In this document: piece after piece, positions 55,714 to 64,000 of the stretch
Position numbering within the stretch: position 1 is the first letter of the stretch
Layout: each line of letters begins with the position of its first letter
DNA from: a virus
Taxonomy: Duplodnaviria > Caudoviricetes
DNA length: 64,000 bases
Virus record (IMG/VR): IMGVR_UViG_3300032249_000574
Span: 74-64,073 of that record
Reading direction: 5' to 3' (one strand)
Position numbers and translations under genes: made by a program
The notes under the pieces: model-generated
Seen by the model: the letters and a program-made list of their open reading frames with translations, nothing else
What the model was told of the DNA's origin: nothing
The model's database searches: none

Positions 55714-56366
55714 GGTCTACCATCCTGTCCTACCCAGCCCATGCCGGCGTAGTCGTTCTGATCTTCGTACTCTTCAAGGTCACCCCATTGCTTTGCCATA
55801 GCCTTGGCAATTCCCTTGAAGGTTGTACTCCGAATCTTCCAACGATCTTTCCCCGGCGCTTGCCAATGAATCCGTTGCTGGACTTCGATGGGCAACGCAT
55901 CGGTCTCATCCTTGAGATCGGTGGTTGGCACAAGCTTGGGCAATCCCTTGAGCCACAAGCCAGTAGCTTTCTTTTCTTTGTGGCCGAACATCCAAGGCTG
56001 GATGATCTGGTCGGGGCCACGACCAATGATGGTCTTGGCATACTTGTGCATGATGGGGTTCTCGACGGCGATGTAGGGGATGTCGGCCTCAAGCAACTGC
56101 TTGAAGAACTCGGCACCAGCTTTCATCTGGTCTCGTCGTCCCTCTTTCTTATCCAACCAGCACACACCCGAGTTGCATAGGTAAGTGCAGGGCGGATGAG
56201 CAACCATCAAGTCCCATCCTTGGTCAATAATATCGAACACACTACCTTGGTAGTGCGGTCCTTTCTTATCGGTCGGGAGAAGATCGCACGACGTAGCGTC
56301 GTGTCCTCTTGCGATGAACGCATCCCGAACCGTACCAGAATACTCGCAAGCGATAAGTACTTTCAT
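55710..56366 (-). CDS. DNA cytosine-C5 methyltransferase-like protein (ACEYSG family), copy 2
   Basis: Same motif set: ACEYSG, AHPPCTYL, VENP, LWLKGLP, RS.TF.GIA.AMA.QWG. Confidence 0.8.
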   Translation of the reverse strand: MKVLIACEYSGTVRDAFIARGHDATSCDLLPTDKKGPHYQGSVFDIIDQGWDLMVAHPPCTYLCNSGVCWLDKKEGRRDQMKAGAEFFKQLLEADIPYIAVENPIMHKYAKTIIGRGPDQIIQPWMFGHKEKKATGLWLKGLPKLVPTTDLKDETDALPIEVQQRIHWQAPGKDRWKIRSTTFKGIAKAMAKQWGDLEEYEDQNDYAGMGWVGQDGRP

Positions 56367-56368
56367 TG

Positions 56369-57085
56369 TTAGCTTCCTTTCTTATTCTTTTTGTTGTAAC
56401 CCGTCCAGCCTAATTTTCGTAGGGCTGACAAGGCTTTTGATGCATAGCTCCCCGCGGGTTGTACACCGTGGATGAGGAGAGCGAACGACTTGCCAGACTT
56501 GTAAGCGTGGCTGTCATCGTGATCGATCTCTAGCCCCTTCTCCTTTGCTTCCTCGTGACTGAACACAACCTCGGCAGACTTGAGATTGTGGGCGTCGATC
56601 AGCCAGTCGTGGATACCACCACGGCTAGCATTGAGGGCGAAGTTCTTGGGTATCTTGCCGAACTTGGCAATCCATAGATGGATGCTCTTGGTGTAGGCAT
56701 AGAAGGTACGCAACGGATTCTTCCGTGCGACTTCCATCCAAGCATCGAAGTAGGACTCGTTGAAGAAGTCACCCGATACGTGGACACGAATGATGTTGGC
56801 CTTCTTAGGAAGACTGGCCTCGATCAGTTGTGTCATCTGCTCCGTCGTCTTGCCCTTGAGCAAGTCGAAGTTGTACCAGCGTTGCTCACGGACATTCTTG
56901 TATTGGACTTCGTCCGATGCGGCAAAGCATCTGAACTTGGTTTCCAATCCGTCTTGGATTCCGCTTCCATTGCGACCAGCTCGGGACAAACATTCCCTAG
57001 CGCCGGGGCAGGCGTAACCTGCTGGCAGACTGAAGGTGAAGATGTCGTTGCCGAGTTTGGCATTACCTCTGTTGAACTTAAGCAT
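56369..57085 (-). CDS. GP88 family protein
   Basis: GNAKL, FSLPAG..CPGA..C, C.A, RVHVSGDFF...Y...W, FYAYTK. Confidence 0.8.
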   Translation of the reverse strand: MLKFNRGNAKLGNDIFTFSLPAGYACPGARECLSRAGRNGSGIQDGLETKFRCFAASDEVQYKNVREQRWYNFDLLKGKTTEQMTQLIEASLPKKANIIRVHVSGDFFNESYFDAWMEVARKNPLRTFYAYTKSIHLWIAKFGKIPKNFALNASRGGIHDWLIDAHNLKSAEVVFSHEEAKEKGLEIDHDDSHAYKSGKSFALLIHGVQPAGSYASKALSALRKLGWTGYNKKNKKGS

Positions 57086-57506
57086 TGATGAACCTTTCTT
57101 TCCATTGCTGGAATGTTGGGGGTGTGATGTTCTCTGCGATACTACGGATAACTTCGGACAAATACTGAGTCGTGCCGATGTAGTTAGCGTAATCTTCGAA
57201 GGGTAGGGCACCCTCGCATAAGGCTGGCGCCATTCTCCATCCGGTCTCCTTGTGAGTAATGTCCGTGTGCCACTTCCTTATCGAGTCGTAGGTGTCTCCA
57301 GGTCCGTATACGATTTTCTTCACCGTCTTGTAGGTGAGGCGAACGGACTTGTAGTTTGGTTGCCACGCTTGCTGACGGACAGTCACCCTGTTGTTAGGGA
57401 AATCTTCCGTCGCTGTATTGGAAGGCAGGACTTGGTCAACGATGATGTGGTTGTTGAGGAGCTTCGCCAACGCTCCAGATTTAACGGCGATGGGTAATAG
57501 TTTCAT
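57078..57506 (-). CDS. Hypothetical protein
   Basis: AAAGGA RBS before MKLLPI. Confidence 0.6.
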   Translation of the reverse strand: MKLLPIAVKSGALAKLLNNHIIVDQVLPSNTATEDFPNNRVTVRQQAWQPNYKSVRLTYKTVKKIVYGPGDTYDSIRKWHTDITHKETGWRMAPALCEGALPFEDYANYIGTTQYLSEVIRSIAENITPPTFQQWKERFINA

Positions 57507-57519
57507 TGGTATTCCTTTC

Positions 57520-57566
57520 AAGAATATGAACCCCGCCACAGGGATGAACCTATGACGGGGCTCGGG
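57520..57566 (-). terminator. Hairpin/terminator after rIIB
   Basis: Minus strand GAGCCCCGTCATAGG-TTCATC-CCTGTGGCGGGGTTC then ATATTCTT; G-U pairs favour minus strand. Confidence 0.6.
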
Positions 57567-57571
57567 TTATG

Positions 57572-58417
57572 TTATCGGTTAGCGAGGTCGAACAAGATGT
57601 TGCGGATACCCTCGAGGGCTTCCTCGATCTTGTCGTTGTTAGTTACGGAGACGGAATCACCGTTACCGTATTCGTCTTCGTCGTTGTACAAGTTGCCATC
57701 GTTGGCCATGGTATTCCGGAGAGCACCATTGAACTCATCGACGACCTCGTACTGACAGGTGCGAAGCTTCTGACATTCGCAATCTGTCGGGACGCTGACG
57801 ACATCAGCGGGGTTGATCTTGACGATCACGATGCGTTTGTCCCCACTGCCGAAGGACTGAGCGTACTCGAGCGAGCCAGCGTGGAAGCCGTAAGAGCATC
57901 CGATGCCAGCGTCGTCGCATACCTTGCGTCGCTCCATCCGTAGGGTTGAGCCTACTCGGTTGGAGAACTTGCCCGTGTGATGATCTGTATAGTCACCACG
58001 CAAGGACTTGTATGCCAAGAAGCACCCGTCTGGGGTGATCGGCATATGCCCGTGGGCAAGGAATGTGTACAGCTCGGTACGGGCACGACGACTGTCGTTC
58101 CGTTCCAAGTTCTCGAAGAACCGAAGCAACGGGTCGAGTGGCAATCCGTTGCGATGGCATTCGAGGATACGCTGAACAAGTACGCCGTGTACTTCTTCGC
58201 CGTTGTACTTCACCGAGTTCTCGGACACTTCGAACGCACCACCAAGATACTTGGTCAATGCGATGCGAGGGTTGATCAGCTCGATGACTTCTGCTTCGGG
58301 AGCACCTGCCCGAATCGCATCCAAGACAGCGTTGAAGTTGCCGTGGGTTGCGGATAGAGTATACGACTGGCCGTTGGCGACCACCGTGATACTCTCGTTA
58401 GTGATGATGTATGTCAT
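57572..58417 (-). CDS. rIIB: rIIB-like protein
   Basis: PL.RF.ENL..N, ELY.FL, PIT.DG.FLAYK, M.R..V.DD....CS.GFH.GS..YA, VKINPADVVSVP.D....K.R.C.YEVV. Confidence 0.9.
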   Translation of the reverse strand: MTYIITNESITVVANGQSYTLSATHGNFNAVLDAIRAGAPEAEVIELINPRIALTKYLGGAFEVSENSVKYNGEEVHGVLVQRILECHRNGLPLDPLLRFFENLERNDSRRARTELYTFLAHGHMPITPDGCFLAYKSLRGDYTDHHTGKFSNRVGSTLRMERRKVCDDAGIGCSYGFHAGSLEYAQSFGSGDKRIVIVKINPADVVSVPTDCECQKLRTCQYEVVDEFNGALRNTMANDGNLYNDEDEYGNGDSVSVTNNDKIEEALEGIRNILFDLANR

Positions 58418-58436
58418 TGTCTATCCTCTCTTTCTT

Positions 58437-60692
58437 TTATTTGTTTCTCTGAATGATCCCCAGATAGGAGATCAAAGTTTCTGTGGGTGAAGACTTATAC
58501 TTCTTCGTCCATTGAGTATCGTTGTTCCAATGGCTACGGCTAAGCGTAGCCCAACGAACCATCGGCCAACCTCGCAACAAGACATCGGAGTGATGCTTGA
58601 CTGTGAGTTCGTCGTCTGGTTTGTACGAGTCGATTGTCTTCTTACTCATTAGCTCTTTCAGTCCATACCTTTCGGGTTGCTGGATGAGATGAGCTAGGCT
58701 GATCACTTGGCTCGTATACTTGAAGCCCAACAACTCAACCATCTTCTTGGCTGGATGTTGGTCTGGAAGATTGGAGACACGGATTGCTGTATGCATCACG
58801 CCACCGGGTTTCCAATGGTCGTCATTCATCGAGCCGTAGCCGTCGAAGATGGCTCGCTCCTCACCGTTGCACAAGTTGAACTCGAGCCGACGCCAGACTA
58901 GTTCGCCCAAGGCTTGGTTGTCCTTGAACATACGGGTCATAGCATTCTGCAACGAGGTCTCGAACCAAGAGCCATCGTCGGGTAGCTCCTCGCCTTTCTT
59001 CTTGGCTAGAATCCTACCCTTGAATAGCTTGGCTAGTGTCAACTCCTGTACCAACTTCTTAAGCTGGCGGTTATCTAGGACAGGAGTTGTCGGCTCGAAC
59101 TTCTCGATCTCAATCCACCAATCATCATCGGTGTACTCTCCATCGACTAGCTTCCAATGATCGGACGATTTGCTGGCGTGTCCAGTCAAGTCCATATCCA
59201 ACTCGAATGTCTTGCCCTTGGTGTGCTTGGCATTCTTGTCGTAGGACTGACCGCCACCGACCGTATTGGCTGGAGGCTCGGGCAATGTGTTGTAGTCCAC
59301 ATACTTGATCTTGGCTAGCTCCTTGTGGGTCTTGCACAGATCATCCCAATCCTTCTTGGTCGTGATCACATAGACGGTTGCGTTCTCCTTGATGTGGCCG
59401 TTGGCATACGCAAACTTGAGTCTGCCAGTACGGAAGTGCTTCTTGTCGGGGACAAGGTAGACTTCGACATATCGGTTGACCATAATGGAGTGAGGAGATT
59501 CCTGGCGGAGTCTGTTCTTACCCCAGTTACGCCAACCACATAGCGTCACGGACAAGTCGGGGTGTACAACCTTCGACCCATCCCTCGTCACCATTGGCAG
59601 TTCGACGATGCCGTCTACCTTCTGGCCTTTCCATAGCACCTTGTTCTTGATCTTCTTGAGCAAGTTCTCCATCCGACTATCGTGATGGTAGCTCCGACTC
59701 TTGAAGATGTTGGCTTCGATGCAAGCATCCCACCAAGTTGGTGCGGACTGGATACGACTCTCGACTACCCGTGCCAAGCTATCGACCACCTTCTTAACCT
59801 CGGCGGTCAATCGCTTGACGGTCATCGGAGTGTACATCAGAGCCTCACGGCTTGGTGCAACTTGTAATCCACCAACCTCGATGTCGAAGGTGATGCCAAG
59901 ATTAGTGGCTACTCCAAGATCATCGGGCAACTTGAAGGAGTTGTAGTTGATCGGGTATCTGACATCGCCCATCACAACAAAGGAGTGTGTGTCCTCGTTG
60001 GGGTCTGTCATCTGCCAGTTATCTTCCTTGAGTACTACATGCTCGGGTGCTTGGTTGATGTCCTTGTACTCGTCGGCTGTTGCATTGCTCACCGTGGGTT
60101 TGACACGGAAGACATTGAACACCTCGACTGCTGTACTTCTGAACCGCTCCACATCGTTGGCCTTGACGGGTAGCTTGACCTCGACGCCGTTGGGTTCGTC
60201 CGTCTCGGACTCTTCCAAGGTATCGAAGGACGGCACACCGAACTCGTCCTTGAAGCATACCAGTACCCACTTCTTACCACCCTTGATGCAGGTGATAGTC
60301 CATTGGTCGGTATAGGCTGCGGGGGCTTTACAGCCCAAGCCGAAGCCACCCGTGTACTCGTTGCTCGTGGACTTGTATTCACCCGACGAGCCATAGCTTG
60401 CCATCAGCTTGCCGAACTCGTCGATGTCTAAGCCTAGTCCCTCATCCTTGATAATGAAGGTCGGCCCAGAAGTGCTTGGAAATGTCACCTTGATTGGCGA
60501 CTTGTTTCCGCTTGCCTTGTGGGACTCGTTGGCGTTCACGGACAGCTCTCTTATAACCGCCTTGATTGGGTCTGCATACAGACCCGACAAGATGCCCATT
60601 ATGTGGGCTCGGTTTGCCAGATTGACTGTGAACTGTGCCCTCTTGCCCAGAGTCTTGGCCACAGGGTTGAATCTTGACTGCGTTGTGATCAT
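58437..60692 (-). CDS. rIIA: rIIA-like protein (GHKL/HATPase N-terminus)
   Basis: LY.DPI.AVIREL..NA, IKDEGLGL, YGSS..K..SN...GGFGLG.K, ETDEPNGVEV, PSREAL.Y. Confidence 0.9.
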   Translation of the reverse strand: MITTQSRFNPVAKTLGKRAQFTVNLANRAHIMGILSGLYADPIKAVIRELSVNANESHKASGNKSPIKVTFPSTSGPTFIIKDEGLGLDIDEFGKLMASYGSSGEYKSTSNEYTGGFGLGCKAPAAYTDQWTITCIKGGKKWVLVCFKDEFGVPSFDTLEESETDEPNGVEVKLPVKANDVERFRSTAVEVFNVFRVKPTVSNATADEYKDINQAPEHVVLKEDNWQMTDPNEDTHSFVVMGDVRYPINYNSFKLPDDLGVATNLGITFDIEVGGLQVAPSREALMYTPMTVKRLTAEVKKVVDSLARVVESRIQSAPTWWDACIEANIFKSRSYHHDSRMENLLKKIKNKVLWKGQKVDGIVELPMVTRDGSKVVHPDLSVTLCGWRNWGKNRLRQESPHSIMVNRYVEVYLVPDKKHFRTGRLKFAYANGHIKENATVYVITTKKDWDDLCKTHKELAKIKYVDYNTLPEPPANTVGGGQSYDKNAKHTKGKTFELDMDLTGHASKSSDHWKLVDGEYTDDDWWIEIEKFEPTTPVLDNRQLKKLVQELTLAKLFKGRILAKKKGEELPDDGSWFETSLQNAMTRMFKDNQALGELVWRRLEFNLCNGEERAIFDGYGSMNDDHWKPGGVMHTAIRVSNLPDQHPAKKMVELLGFKYTSQVISLAHLIQQPERYGLKELMSKKTIDSYKPDDELTVKHHSDVLLRGWPMVRWATLSRSHWNNDTQWTKKYKSSPTETLISYLGIIQRNK

Positions 60693-63369
60693 TTATTTTC
60701 TCCTTTTTTGTTAGGGTGACAGACCAAACTGTATGGTCGTCGTAGAAGGCTGTGTCTAATGCTTCTTGTAAGTTGTGGTAGAAAAGCCGACCGACTAGCA
60801 CATTGTCTTTGTCGAACAATGCGTAGCAGTCCCAGTCCTTAATACCAGCGTGTACCTTTACTCCCTCGCTCATCCGAGTGTTGGGAGTAGGCTGGATAAG
60901 AACTTGGGGAAGGACTTCTCCACCTTACAGTTGCTCACCAAGGACTCTGCATCGTGGATACCACGAGCCTTGAGTTCCCCGATCAGCTTGGTCATTGAGA
61001 TGTCAGACCTCGAGCCTTGGCTGGCCGTGATCTGCCACTTGATTCCCTGGAAGTGTGTCACTCCCCGTTCCTCAAGTGCCGTCTTGAACACGGGGATGAT
61101 GCTCTCTCGGAGCTTCTCCGCGTTCAACTTGGTCTGGTTGTATTCGCCGAACAAGTCTACTTGTTCCGCTGTATATATTAGTTTGCTCATTGTGTCCTCC
61201 TTTTATTGGTTGCTATGTGTTACCACATAGATTCTTCAGCCCGCATAGACGCCACCTCACCGATGACTTCTTCAGCGGTTCGTTTCAAATCCTCGGGGAT
61301 AACCTCGAGGTCACCCACCATAAGATTCTTAAACTCTACATCGTCGGTCACATAGGAATAAACATGATCGCTGTATCCACTCGGCCCGATGTCTTGCTTC
61401 GACATCGTGACGGTCACATCAGCGGATGCACAATACTCCTGATCGTTGTGAGTGAACTCGACTTCTACATTATTTTCCCAAGTCATAATTTCTTCCTCTT
61501 TCTTTGTTGTTTCTTTGCGAGTTGAACTAGAATCTCGCCGAGAGTATCCAAGATATCTCGACTGAGCCGTCGCTGTTTGGCCTTGGTCATATATCAAACT
61601 CCATCTGCTGGGCGACTGGTTCAATCTGATAGCCGTATGCCCAGTTGCCAGACGCTAGGTCGAACACGCACCCACCCTTCTCGGCCACGGGTATGGATTC
61701 CACGGGGTCACCATACTTGCCGCCGTCCGGGCACTTGTCGATGTTCACCACCTTGGTCTGCTTCCAGCCATCAGTTCCGAACGAACCCCGCCACCAGACG
61801 AGGTCACCTTTTCGGATTGTCATTGGTTTGAGTGTCATTTCACCTCCACAAACTCGGCAATCCCGCAACGGTTTCCGTTAAGGTCGACGAGTTTTTCGGG
61901 GACGAACCCAGAGGCCATCGAGTCGGATACTTCACCGAGGATTCTGGATATCTCGGCAAACATTCCGTTCTCCTCAAAGGCTTGGTTGCCCGTCTGAATT
62001 TCGATCTTGAACTTGTGTTTCATTGTTATCCTCCTTTTGGTATTCGACCAGCACGGAGTATAGAACCTCCTGCCAGTCGTCGATTGCTTTGTCCATCTTT
62101 GATTTGGGGTGCTTCACCGCTTGGCCTTCTTCTTAGGCACAGTCACGATGCGTTGTTCAATTCCAGCGTCGATAAAGTCGGTTGCCCCGACTGTATTTCC
62201 GTTGCTGTCCTTGAGCGTCACGCACACAAACTCTTTGTGCATATCGTTGACGAGCCCTTGGAATATCCTAGCCAACTCTGGCCAAGGTGTGGGCTGGAAA
62301 GCATCGCCTCCCACCTTCACCTCGACTTTGAATACTGCTTCACTCATAGGTCAACTCCTCCTTTCTTTAATAGCCAAACTGCTCCGAAGCTAAGTAGGAT
62401 GCACGGCACGAGCCATTGGCCGATCTTCCAGAACACGAGTGCCAGGAATACGGCGTTCTCGACTGTCATTTACGCCTACCTACTTGGATGTTGGAGTTGC
62501 GGTTCTCGAACCTCGTCCGATGGTACCGCTTCTCCACGACTGCTTCGATGATGGCTTCGCAAGCACGATGAAACCTCTTGGACTTCCGTGCCACATCGCC
62601 TCGGACGCATCGCACGTCCACGCTGTCCCGTCTGCCCGTTAGTTTGTCCCAATCTTGGGGACGCTCCATTGGATTCAATATGATGTCGTCTTGCATATAC
62701 CTCCCATTTCTTCATAGGTCTCGCCTGCCAGAGCCAAGAAGTCATCCGACCTCTTTCTTGTTAGCTTGCAAGCCAGACCCAGAGCTTGTTGAGTAGCATC
62801 TGACTCGTCCTTGGCGTGGACACACACGGCCATACGACCGAATGGATTTTTCCACGACCAGACGAATACTCTGTATTCTTTTTGCATATAGGCTTTCTAT
62901 ACAGCCCGCCCGCCTGCGAAAAGAACATTCCGCAGGATGGATTGCTGACCTTTACGATTGGTAATCTTCTTGTGTCTCTCGAAGTCTTCTGGATTCCGAA
63001 AGATTTGAATAGTCCCGCCCGTCTTGTGGTCGAAGACCAGCGAACCCCGATAACGTGGGGTTTCCACGCTACGGGGAACGCTGACCTTCCTACCGATTGG
63101 AAACGGGGGGATTCTGCTTACGACTGAGGCTTCCACGTCACCGAGAGCTTATCCAGCTCGGCTTGGGAAACATCCTCGTATCGAATCTTCACTCCGAAGT
63201 CCGAGGCACGGGCATTGACCATCCGCAGGTCAGCGTTGAACTCCCGCTTGGCCTGCTCGATGGCGAACTTGGGGTTGCGGTTGGCAGAACCTACATAGCC
63301 AGACTTGTTGAGTCTCGCAGAGTATGTTCCATTGGAATTGCATATGATAGTATGCTCTTTCATTGTCAC
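60689..63369 (-). other. Cluster of about 11 small early ORFs (e.g. 60870-61190, 61220-61486, 61835-62023, 62114-62347, 62466-62696, 62675-62887, 62897-63136, 63118-63369)
   Basis: Same strand, strong SD sequences, overlapping packing; no recognisable enzymes. Confidence 0.65.
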
Positions 63370-63454
63370 CTCTTTCTTTTATTGGTTGTTGTATGTTATC
63401 CCATCATCATCCGATGAAGGGTGGATAGTCCTAGGATGTAGGACTATGCACCGT

Positions 63455-63598
63455 TCACCGATCATATCGGACTATGGACGCATCGTCTCGGTCTTCGCTC
63501 CACCCCTTCTCACGAAGGAATGATTCAGCTCGTTCGAGATTCTCGAACCTACCGACTATGTATCCCTTGCGAACCACGAACCATATTCGTTTATGCAT
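63455..63598 (-). CDS. Small early protein
   Basis: Hand-translated 47 aa MHKRIWFVVRKGYIVGRFENLERAESFLREKGW...; AAAGGA RBS. Confidence 0.55.
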   Translation of the reverse strand: MHKRIWFVVRKGYIVGRFENLERAESFLREKGWSEDRDDASIVRYDR

Positions 63599-63631
63599 TG
63601 TGTTTTCCTTTCATTGGGTTATATACTGCTT

Positions 63632-64000
63632 GTGCCTAAGAAGTTAGACATCGACTGGAAAGCTATTGAGGGGATGTATATGATGGGGATGCAACCCGAA
63701 GTTATATGTTCTACATATAGGATTAACAACCATACACTTACATCGAAGATTGTGAGGGGTGGATGGAAAGGCAAAAAGGATGCATTACTTGCACGAAAAG
63801 AAGTCGTGGTGCAAGAGGCTCGCACTCGAATGGTCGCTAATGCGGGGACTGCGTACCAAGAGAGGCTGACAAAGCATGTCGAGGCTGGGCTCGCCGTTCT
63901 CGACGAGAATCTGCCCACCACCCGCCCCGAAGTCTCCCAGCACTTCGATGCGTTGGGTAAGGTGGATAAGATTGCCGTTCGAGCCTACGGATTAGAGTCC
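63632..64000 (+). CDS. Probable terminase small subunit / HTH protein, truncated by window end
   Basis: Hand-translated from GTG: MPKKLDIDWKAIEGMYMMGMQPEVICSTYRINNHTLTSKIVRGGW...VDKIAVRAYGL; DW.AIE..Y..G...HTH...GW pattern of TerS N-termini; absent from ORF track because no stop in window. Confidence 0.6.
   Translation, partial: MPKKLDIDWKAIEGMYMMGMQPEVICSTYRINNHTLTSKIVRGGWKGKKDALLARKEVVVQEARTRMVANAGTAYQERLTKHVEAGLAVLDENLPTTRPEVSQHFDALGKVDKIAVRAYGLES

Larger units (their letters stand above)
1..64000. mobile_element. Tailed dsDNA bacteriophage genome segment (podovirus-like), near complete
   Basis: Terminase, portal, scaffold, capsid, nozzle, adaptor, ejection proteins, lysis genes, PolA, primase-helicase and rIIAB in modular blocks; no tape measure, no host housekeeping genes, no integrase seen. 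Confidence 0.95.

Noticed and set aside
1-64000. Alternative genetic code or prophage status
   Set aside because: Long genes are intact under the standard code and all three stops are used; no integrase, att site or host genes seen

Overview
The whole window is a tailed dsDNA bacteriophage genome (podovirus-like gene set), probably most of a ~65-70 kb genome; genes are cut at both ends. The host is probably diderm because a spanin-like lipoprotein is present, but it cannot be named from sequence alone. There are three blocks. (1) 1-12.1 kb, minus strand, replication: RuvC-like resolvase, SF2 helicase, DUF2800/PD-(D/E)XK nuclease, putative SSB, family A DNA polymerase, primase-helicase, UPF0489-like protein, FkbM methyltransferase. 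(2) 12.2-51.8 kb, plus strand, morphogenesis and lysis: TerL, portal, scaffold, a glycosyl-/methyltransferase cassette, major capsid, decoration proteins, an LRR protein, lysis cassette, nozzle, fibre genes, adaptor, ejection proteins including a 3002-aa giant, a GH24 lysozyme and small basic proteins. (3) 51.8-63.6 kb, minus strand, early/host-takeover genes: rIIA/rIIB, GP88-like, two C5-MTase-like paralogues and many small ORFs. A probable TerS starts at the right edge. No integrase, tRNA or CRISPR array was seen. The best candidate for a new system is an apparently complete sigma-70-family factor (regions 2, 3, 3.2 and 4 in order) embedded in the giant ejection protein, next to a zincin-like domain and bracketed by a repeated ASSxDP motif. 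A recurring non-canonical promoter-like motif (TTG[AC]C-N18-[TG]AnnTA-N7-ATG) precedes several structural genes, including the giant gene. Other highlights are two candidate structured RNAs, an LRR protein with a hypervariable face, an internally duplicated adaptor and a possible histone-fold protein. All family assignments come from motif recognition by eye, not database searches.
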